DNA of 32,000 bases, taken from positions 300,001 through 332,000 of the forward strand of contig FP565575.1 in NCBI GenBank assembly GCA_000091165.1, given 5' to 3'. The notes under the pieces were generated by a model. That model saw nothing but the letters and a program-made list of their open reading frames with translations. It made no database searches and had not been told where the DNA came from. The translations under genes were made by a program, and so were the position numbers. Origin of the DNA: Candidatus Methylomirabilis oxygeniifera. Lineage in GTDB: Bacteria > Methylomirabilota > Methylomirabilia > Methylomirabilales > Methylomirabilaceae. The first letter of the stretch is position 1. Every line of letters starts with the position of its first letter. This document shows, piece after piece, positions 24,689 through 31,099 of this stretch.

Positions 24689-25989
24689 TGAGGGAGATGA
24701 TCCTTCTTGGGGCAGGCGCATCTGTCGAAGCGGGTGTGCCTGATACGTACGGAATGACCAGTAAGATCATGGAGTTGTTCCGCAAAGACTACCTCATGCA
24801 ACGTTATGTGGCTGTCATCTCATTCGTGATCGGGGGCCTTCTTTTTCAACATGGAATCAAGGGCCGAGATCCTCTACAAGAGGGTGTGAACGTCGAAGAG
24901 CTTTTCAATGCAGTCCAATTGCTGGCCGAGCGTAATACTCTGGAGGCTGCTCCATTTGTTGAATCGTGGCACCCAATGGTGCAGGAATTGGACAGGGCAC
25001 GCTTGCATGCAGGATCCGGCAGACTCTATTGGTTATTTTACGACCGACTTGTCGGAGCAATGGAGAGCGCTCTGGGGAGTCTACCGTCCGGCAATAACCG
25101 GACCAACCCGAGGGAATTCATGAGAGACTGGGTGAGTCGAGTTAGATATTCGGGCTCATCAGGCGGCTTTGACATCGACCGTGAACTTCAAAAAGTCATT
25201 GAGCAGGTGAAAGATCGACCTGGTGAAGGCGAGATCTTTTCAGGGACCGCAGAATCCATGATTCGTGTCTTGGTCAATATCGTCTGGATCGACCAAGCGG
25301 AACGCGTCGCTTATATGGAGCCGTTAGCTTCATTGGTAGGTGCACAGGGGCGACTTACGGTCGCTACGCTGAATTATGACAACAGCGTCGAACTACTCGC
25401 GCAATCAGCGGGCCTGCCATGTGCAACCGGCATTGAAAAGTGGTCTGAAACCGGTTCGTTCATGCCGAGCAGCGATGGGATCTTTTTGATCAAACTTCAC
25501 GGCTCGATTGATTGGGCGCTGGAAGGCGACAAGAGGTCAGAAGACCGTCCAATGCCTCATAGTGTCATTCGACAGGTAAACGCTGAGGAAATCAAGAAGC
25601 CGGGGTTTCGACCGGGGGTCATATTTGGTCAACGCAATAAACTGACGGCAGAAGGGCCATTTTTGGATCTCTTACGCGCATTCCAACAAGAGTTGTCGCG
25701 CAGCGATATTCTGACTGTGGTGGGGTATTCCTTTCGAGATGATCATGTCAACGAATATATCTCACAATGGCTGAACCAATCGAGAGAGCGGAGGATGCGC
25801 ATCATCAACCCTCATTTTGATCGCAGCCCGAGCCCTTACGCTGGGCAACTCTCACGTTTTGGAGGAACCCAAGTAGAGATAATCCGTGAACCCGCTGGCG
25901 CTGGGTTGGTGAAGTTGTATTCATACTCGATTGTAATCGCACCATCGGTGACGCAACCTTCAAGCGTGTCTGCTGAGCCGACGACATAG
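24685..25989 (+). CDS. Stand-alone SIR2-like (SIR2_2 family) protein, putative NAD+-depleting defence effector
   Basis: Motifs ILLGAGASVEAGVP (Rossmann GAGxS), TLNYDN (catalytic Asn context), KLHGSIDW (catalytic His context), VVGYSFRDDHV. No second domain recognised. GC is visibly lower than in flanking DNA. Confidence 0.75.
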   Translation: MMREMILLGAGASVEAGVPDTYGMTSKIMELFRKDYLMQRYVAVISFVIGGLLFQHGIKGRDPLQEGVNVEELFNAVQLLAERNTLEAAPFVESWHPMVQELDRARLHAGSGRLYWLFYDRLVGAMESALGSLPSGNNRTNPREFMRDWVSRVRYSGSSGGFDIDRELQKVIEQVKDRPGEGEIFSGTAESMIRVLVNIVWIDQAERVAYMEPLASLVGAQGRLTVATLNYDNSVELLAQSAGLPCATGIEKWSETGSFMPSSDGIFLIKLHGSIDWALEGDKRSEDRPMPHSVIRQVNAEEIKKPGFRPGVIFGQRNKLTAEGPFLDLLRAFQQELSRSDILTVVGYSFRDDHVNEYISQWLNQSRERRMRIINPHFDRSPSPYAGQLSRFGGTQVEIIREPAGAGLVKLYSYSIVIAPSVTQPSSVSAEPTT

Positions 25990-26115
25990 CGACAAATGGC
26001 GCTTTTACTGATTCCATCGCCGAAGAAGCCACCCTTGGTTCGATGGCGGCAAAGTAAAACAGCGTAGCGTTCCGGGCTGGCCTGGACCGAGATTGCAGAC
26101 CGATGGAAAGGATTT

Positions 26116-26319
26116 TTAGCGGCGTGATCCGGAGGACGCTGTGGGTTTCTTAGGGCTGTTGACTGTATCGATGGCTTTAGACGCGACAGACGCCAGAGTG
26201 AGACCCAGACGAGCGCCCTCAATAATTGATGAACTCGACACCGCCGTCCAAAGCAACGACTGTCTTTGCGCAGGATCTTTCAAATAGGGGTTCGTTTCGA
26301 TCAGAGGCTTTTTACGCAT
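26116..26319 (-). CDS. Small conserved-looking hypothetical protein (67 aa), convergent with the SIR2 gene
   Basis: The N-terminal ETNPYLKDPAQRQSLLWTAVSSSSIIEG resembles a recurrent small-protein motif I recall from other bacteria but cannot name. The only minus-strand gene I consider plausible. Confidence 0.4.
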   Translation of the reverse strand: MRKKPLIETNPYLKDPAQRQSLLWTAVSSSSIIEGARLGLTLASVASKAIDTVNSPKKPTASSGSRR

Positions 26320-26368
26320 GATTTTTTATATCACACCGTGGGCGGCTGAGCACCATGAAAGTGCAACC

Positions 26369-26491
26369 TTGAACGTCGCCCAACTCGCTGAATCCATCGT
26401 CGAAAACGCAGCTTTCGCCTGCCTGGAGAACCTCGGCTGGAGGGCACTCGCGGGCTGGCCGTACCGCATAGTGGCTACGCCCTCGCTCTGA
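26369..26491 (+). pseudogene. HsdR N-terminal remnant (second, different family)
   Basis: Manual translation from TTG 26369 gives LNVAQLAESIVENAAFACLENLGWRALAG..., matching the HsdR N-terminal pattern (ES.VE.AAL.WL..LGW). It stops after 40 codons. Confidence 0.5.
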
Positions 26492-26562
26492 CCCGCTCCT
26501 GGCGATAGAGGCGGCAAGATCCCGTCAGGTCTTGCAGTCGGCTGTCCATGATCCTTTCATTT

Positions 26563-26614
26563 GGCCGAACTACAACCTTGCAATTAGCCGACCCATAAGG
26601 TTACAATTGGCCGA
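26563..26614. repeat. Upstream copy of the flanking direct repeat: two 23-nt units GGCCGAACTACAACCTTGCAATT / AGCCGACCCATAAGGTTACAATT + GGCCGA
   Basis: Read directly. AACCTT...AAGGTT forms an internal inverted repeat. Ends at the A of the ATPase start codon. Confidence 0.75.
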
Positions 26615-27861
26615 TGCCGGAGACCGCCCTCTACCCACGTTACGCTGAGCCTCGCCTCGTCGAGGCGCTGGCCGATTCGCCCGTGGTGCTAATCCATGGC
26701 CCGCGCCAGGTCGGTAAGACGACCCTCGCCCGAGTGGTCGGGGAACCCAGGGGATACGCTTATGTCAGTTTCGATGACGACGTCGCGCGCGGCGCCGCAG
26801 AGGCTGATCCGGTGGGCTTCGTCGCCGATCTGCCGGACCGGGCGATCCTGGATGAAGTGCAACGGGTACCGACGCTCTTCACCGCATTGAAGACGGCGGT
26901 CGATCGTAGCCGTAAGGCCGGCCGTTTCATGCTGACCGGCTCGACCAACGTGCTGCTGGTGCCGAACCTCGCCGACTCGCTGGCAGGTCGCATGGCGATC
27001 CTGCGGTTGTACCCGCTGGCGCAGTGCGAGCTGGAGCGGCGCGCATCGGGTTTCCTCGACGTCCTCTTCGAGGGCCGGTTCAAGATCCGGCGAACCGAGC
27101 GGCTGGCTCACCGGCTGGCGGAGCGGATCGTGGCGGGCGGATACCCGGCCGCGCTCACGCGCGCCGCTGTCCGTCGGCGCGCCGCATGGTACCGCGATTA
27201 TCTTGACGCATTGGTCCAGCGCGACGTGCGCGATCTGGCCCGCGTCAGCTCACTTGACGCGCTTCCAAGGCTGCTCGCACTGGCGGCGGCGCAGACTGCG
27301 CGGCTGCTGAACGTGTCGGATCTGGCTGCGCCCTTCCAGCTCAGTCGGCCGACGATCCGCGATTACGTCACGTTACTTGAGCGGGTGTTCCTGCTGGAGA
27401 CGTTGCCGCCATGGCACAGCAACCGCCTGAGCCGACTTATCAAGACGCCGAAGCTGCATGTCGGCGATACCGGACTTGCCTGCGCGCTGCTCGGCGTAGA
27501 TGCGGTCGCCGTTGCTGCCGATCGACCCCTGTTGGGCCAGCTTCTCGAAACCTTTGTGTTTCAGGAATTACGACGTCAGGCGAGCTGGCATGAGGAGCCG
27601 TTGGTGTTCTTTCATTACCGGGATAAGGACGGTATAGAAGTGGACATCGTCATCGAGCGCGGTGCGCGTGTGCTAGCGGGTGTAGAGGTAAAGGCGGCCG
27701 CCACGGTGACTGCAGCCGATTTCAGTGGCCTGCGCAAGCTGAGGGACGCTGCGGGCAAACGTTTTGCCGCCGGCGTTGTCCTCTACGATGGGGAGACCAG
27801 CGCGAGTTTCGGCGAAGGACTGCATGCCGTTCCGTTGCGTGCGCTCTGGGAAATGACGTGA
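26614..27861 (+). CDS. AAA-family ATPase with C-terminal DUF4143-type domain
   Basis: Walker A LIHGPRQVGKTTLA, Walker B AILDEVQRVP, the common AAA_14 + DUF4143 architecture, and a C-terminal restriction-endonuclease-like EVDIVIE...GVEVK. GC is visibly higher than in neighbouring DNA. Confidence 0.8.
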   Translation: MPETALYPRYAEPRLVEALADSPVVLIHGPRQVGKTTLARVVGEPRGYAYVSFDDDVARGAAEADPVGFVADLPDRAILDEVQRVPTLFTALKTAVDRSRKAGRFMLTGSTNVLLVPNLADSLAGRMAILRLYPLAQCELERRASGFLDVLFEGRFKIRRTERLAHRLAERIVAGGYPAALTRAAVRRRAAWYRDYLDALVQRDVRDLARVSSLDALPRLLALAAAQTARLLNVSDLAAPFQLSRPTIRDYVTLLERVFLLETLPPWHSNRLSRLIKTPKLHVGDTGLACALLGVDAVAVAADRPLLGQLLETFVFQELRRQASWHEEPLVFFHYRDKDGIEVDIVIERGARVLAGVEVKAAATVTAADFSGLRKLRDAAGKRFAAGVVLYDGETSASFGEGLHAVPLRALWEMT

Positions 27862-27901
27862 ACAGTGCCGGGGTCTTCCATCTCCCAGCGCCTGTACGCG
27901 C

Positions 27902-27945
27902 ACAACCCCTTACAATCGGCCGAACCATAAGGTTGCAATTGCCGA
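27902..27945. repeat. Downstream copy of the flanking direct repeat (ACAACCCCTTACAATC GGCCGAACCATAAGGTTGCAATT GCCGA)
   Basis: Aligns with 26572-26614 at roughly 38 of 46 positions, by hand. Confidence 0.7.
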
Positions 27946-28084
27946 CGCGGACGCTGCTGGTGGGCGGGGACGGGATTCCGGTAGAAGAGTTCCTGCTCCA
28001 ACCGGTCACCCATTGGGTCACGCGATGAGCGCGATAGACAACACGAGACATGTCACCAGTTGTGCGGGTTAGAAGGAGACCAAC

Positions 28085-28537
28085 ATGTCAGAGCATGGCG
28101 TAACCGTTACGTGGCGGCGCACATCCGCGAGTTTTGACTACGAGGCGTATAACCGCGATCACGCCTGGTCGTTTGACGCCGGCATCCAGGTCCGCGCGTC
28201 AGCCGCCCCTGCCTATCGCGGCGACCCCGACTGCGTCGATCCCGAAGAGGCGTTTGTCGCGGCCCTGGCCGGGTGTCACATGCTGACCTTTCTGGCTGTT
28301 GCGTCGCGCAAGCGACTGATCGTCGATGCGTACGAAGACCACGCGACAGGGTTTATGGAGAAGAACGCCGACGGTAAGCTGGCCGTCACGCGGGTTGTTC
28401 TCCGACCGCGAGTTCGATTCAGCGGCTCTTCGGCGCTATCCCACGACGAACTCGCGAGACTCCACGAGCAGGCCCATCACGGTTGCATCATCGCCAACTC
28501 GGTACTGACAGCCATCACGATCGAGCCAGCCGACTGA
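28085..28537 (+). CDS. OsmC/Ohr-family peroxiredoxin-like protein
   Basis: PEEAFVAALAGCHMLTFL and HHGCIIANS are the two conserved Cys contexts of the OsmC family. Confidence 0.75.
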   Translation: MSEHGVTVTWRRTSASFDYEAYNRDHAWSFDAGIQVRASAAPAYRGDPDCVDPEEAFVAALAGCHMLTFLAVASRKRLIVDAYEDHATGFMEKNADGKLAVTRVVLRPRVRFSGSSALSHDELARLHEQAHHGCIIANSVLTAITIEPAD

Positions 28538-28586
28538 TAGATAATCGGCTACTGTGGCGCTCGGAACCTTGCGCACGGAGGTTGCC

Positions 28587-29468
28587 ATGAACGATGTCCA
28601 ATCCGGAATCCTGGAGTCGACCCCTCCGGTCGCCCGATATCTCATCTTCTCATTGACCGATCAGGACGAAGCTCGTAGGAGCCTGCGATTACTCAGTAAC
28701 ATAGCTGACGGTCGACAGACCGTGATCGGACTTGGTCAATCGCTCGTGCTTACGTTTGGGGCAACCATACCAGGTCTCCGCACTGCTCCGAGCTATGCCG
28801 GCGCCGGGTATGAAGTGCCGTCTACGCCGTTTGCGTTGTGGTGTTGGTTGAGGGGGGATGACAGGGGTGAACTGCTGCACCGAACCAGGCGCATTCATGA
28901 GGCGCTGGCCCCGGCGTTTTGCCTGGAACAGGTGATTGATGCTTTTACGTATGGCGCAGGTCGTGATTTGACGGGGTATGAAGACGGGACCGAGAACCCG
29001 AAAGGCGAGCGCGCATCAGAAGTCGCGTTCATTCAGGGACAAGGCGATGGGCTGGATGGATCGAGCTTCGTCGCTGTCCAGCAATGGGTGCATGATCTCG
29101 ATCGCTTCGACGCCAAGTCCACCCAGGAGCAGGACAACACGATCGGGCGTCGTCGGAGCGACAACGACGAGATCGAGGATGCGCCGCCGTCTGCGCACGT
29201 GAAAAGAGCGACGCAGGAGAGCTTCGATCCCCCGGCATTCATGTTGAGGCGCTCGATGCCGTGGGCGGACGGCTCGCACGCAGGCCTGATCTTTGTAGCG
29301 TTCGGCGCGTCCTTCGACGCGTTCGAGGTCCTCTTGAAGCGAATGGTCGGAGCAGAAGACGGGATAACAGACGCCTTGTTCACCTTCACCCGTCCGATAT
29401 CGGGTGCCTACTTCTGGTGTCCAGGCATGCAAGACGGACGATTGGACCTCCAACTGCTAGGTGTGTAG
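28587..29468 (+). CDS. Dyp-type peroxidase family protein
   Basis: GYEDGTENP (GxxDG motif), MLRRSMPW, GLIFVAFGAS. ATG 28587 lies 7 nt after GGAGG; the track start 28554 is less likely. Confidence 0.8.
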   Translation: MNDVQSGILESTPPVARYLIFSLTDQDEARRSLRLLSNIADGRQTVIGLGQSLVLTFGATIPGLRTAPSYAGAGYEVPSTPFALWCWLRGDDRGELLHRTRRIHEALAPAFCLEQVIDAFTYGAGRDLTGYEDGTENPKGERASEVAFIQGQGDGLDGSSFVAVQQWVHDLDRFDAKSTQEQDNTIGRRRSDNDEIEDAPPSAHVKRATQESFDPPAFMLRRSMPWADGSHAGLIFVAFGASFDAFEVLLKRMVGAEDGITDALFTFTRPISGAYFWCPGMQDGRLDLQLLGV

Positions 29469-29511
29469 CGGATCGGCTGGGCGCCGAATAACGCTTGACC
29501 ACCGGATGAAT

Positions 29512-29537
29512 ATATCGTACGGTATGACGTACGATAT
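29512..29537. promoter_or_regulatory. Putative YefM-YoeB operator: ATATCGTACG-GTATGA-CGTACGATAT
   Basis: Perfect 10-bp inverted repeat 24 nt upstream of yefM. It holds two GTAC-centred sub-palindromes with a 12-bp centre-to-centre distance. Confidence 0.55.
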
Positions 29538-29560
29538 CGAAGGCCATTGGAGGGAATGAC

Positions 29561-29803
29561 ATGACCAGCATCACAGCCACTGAGGCTCGAAAAAGACTGT
29601 ACGCGCTTCTGGACGATGTGGCCGATTCTCATGAACCTATCCAGATCGCTGGCAAGCGCCATTCGGCGGTGCTCGTATCGGAAGTCGACTGGCGTGCTAT
29701 CCAGGAAACACTGTACCTGAATGCCGTCCCAGGAATGCGCGCCTCGATCCGCAAGGGCTTGAAAACGCCCGTCGAGAAGTGTCATGAGGAGCTTGATTGG
29801 TAG
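29561..29803 (+). CDS. yefM: Phd/YefM-family antitoxin
   Basis: ITATEARKRLYALLDDVADSHEPIQIAGKRHSAVLVSEVDWRAIQETLYL. Confidence 0.88.
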   Translation: MTSITATEARKRLYALLDDVADSHEPIQIAGKRHSAVLVSEVDWRAIQETLYLNAVPGMRASIRKGLKTPVEKCHEELDW

Positions 29804-30063
29804 GATGGAAGTTCGTCTACACCAGTCAGGCTCGGCGTGACGCCAAGAAGTTAGCGCATTCCGGACTCAAATCGGAGGCGGAGCGCCTGCTCAAAATCCT
29901 GACACGGAATCCCTATCAAAATCCCCCGCCGTACGAGCGACTTGTCGGAGACCTTGCCGGCGCCGTATCCCGCAGGATTACCATCCAACACCGGCTCGTA
30001 TATCAGGTACTGGACGACATCAAAACTGTCAAGGTTATCCGTCTGTGGACCCATTACGAATAA
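29797..30063 (+). CDS. yoeB: Txe/YoeB-family toxin
   Basis: LVGDLAGAVSRRITIQHRLVYQVLDDIKTVKVIRLWTHYE. TTG start overlaps yefM by 7 nt. Confidence 0.85.
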   Translation: MVGWKFVYTSQARRDAKKLAHSGLKSEAERLLKILTRNPYQNPPPYERLVGDLAGAVSRRITIQHRLVYQVLDDIKTVKVIRLWTHYE

Positions 30064-30309
30064 CCCCCGCTCTAATGCCCCTCCCTGGATTGGAGTAGAG
30101 TCCTAATTCCTTTTCATCCACACTAAACCCCGAAGAGCCGGAATTATCCTGATCTGTGTTTCTCGCCCACTATGGGTTCCGAAGCATCATTGACAAGTGC
30201 TTGGAAACCGAAGAGAATGGCGGCAATCTGTGGGCAACCCAAGGACAATGCTATGCCGGTCAACATGCTCGATCGTTCGGCCTGGCGGGTGAAGGAAAGT
30301 TGACATCCG

Positions 30310-30594
30310 ATGGCCCTGGTGTTTGAATGGGATCCAAGGAAGGCTCGCAGGAACCTCGCGATACACGGAGTGTCCTTCGACGAGGCCAGCACGGCATTCC
30401 AGGATCCCTTGTCGAAGACGATCGACGATCCACTGCATTCTGAAGATGAAGAGCGCTTCGTGCTGCTTGGCCATTCCCATCGAAATCGCCTCTTGGTCGT
30501 GGTACATACCGAACGGGGTGGCCGAATACGACTCATCAGCGCGCGGCTCGCAGCCAACAAAGAAAGGGTGATGTATGAAGCGAGTAAGGAATGA
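30310..30594 (+). CDS. brnT: BrnT-family toxin (DUF497)
   Basis: FEWDPRKARRNLAIHGVSFDEASTAFQDP...RIRLISARLAANKER. Confidence 0.85.
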   Translation: MALVFEWDPRKARRNLAIHGVSFDEASTAFQDPLSKTIDDPLHSEDEERFVLLGHSHRNRLLVVVHTERGGRIRLISARLAANKERVMYEASKE

Positions 30595-30820
30595 TCCCGA
30601 CATGCTGGAAGAGTACGATTTTAGCGGCGGCGTGCAAGGCAAGTACGCGAAACGATACGCTGAAGGCGCCAACGTGGTCGTCATTGATCCCGACGTGGCG
30701 GAGTATTTCCCAGACCACGACGCGGTCAATGAAGCGCTACGCGGGCTGGCCGCCATCATTAAGAGACGGCGGAAGGCCGAACCAGCGGCTCCACGCGGAC
30801 GCACTGCCGCGCGCCGCTGA
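30575..30820 (+). CDS. brnA: BrnA-like antitoxin partner of BrnT
   Basis: MLEEYDFSGGVQGKYAKRYAEGANVVVIDPDVAEYFPDHDAVNEALRGLA. Overlaps brnT by 20 nt. Confidence 0.75.
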   Translation: MKRVRNDPDMLEEYDFSGGVQGKYAKRYAEGANVVVIDPDVAEYFPDHDAVNEALRGLAAIIKRRRKAEPAAPRGRTAARR

Positions 30821-31099
30821 TCCGCAACGCCGTTAGCCAGACGTACGCCTCAAATGCGTAGACCGCGGTGATCGTATGAGCAACATTTTCCAGAACCTTG
30901 GTTCTTGGTTTACATCTGGGCGCCATAACGGGATTAGGCCGGCCGGTCTTTGCCGCTATAGGCCTTGCTGAAATTCCGTTGACAAGTATAAGAAATAGCA
31001 GGAGAATCCCGCATATCGTGAGTATTATTGGGATTAGTGCTATACAGACCAGCGTAATCGTAGTTAGGCACCCTGTCTCAGCTCAAAAGGGAGAACACT

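Noticed and set aside
25990-26115. Possible third HsdR-like or HTH remnant (+ frame NGAFTDSIAEEATLGSMAAK; minus frame GISKSAICRYV).
   Set aside because: The fragments are too short and the resemblance too weak to support a call by eye.
26614-27861. The AAA ATPase as the HerA-like partner of the SIR2 protein (a SIR2-HerA system).
   Set aside because: The motif architecture fits the AAA_14/DUF4143 family, not HerA/FtsK. It is separated from SIR2 by a convergent ORF and an HsdR stub, has its own flanking repeats and has a markedly different GC.
30144-30804. Minus-strand ORFs of 138 aa and 205 aa opposite brnT-brnA.
   Set aside because: They are antisense to a well-supported toxin-antitoxin pair, and their products are low-complexity Ser/Arg-rich.
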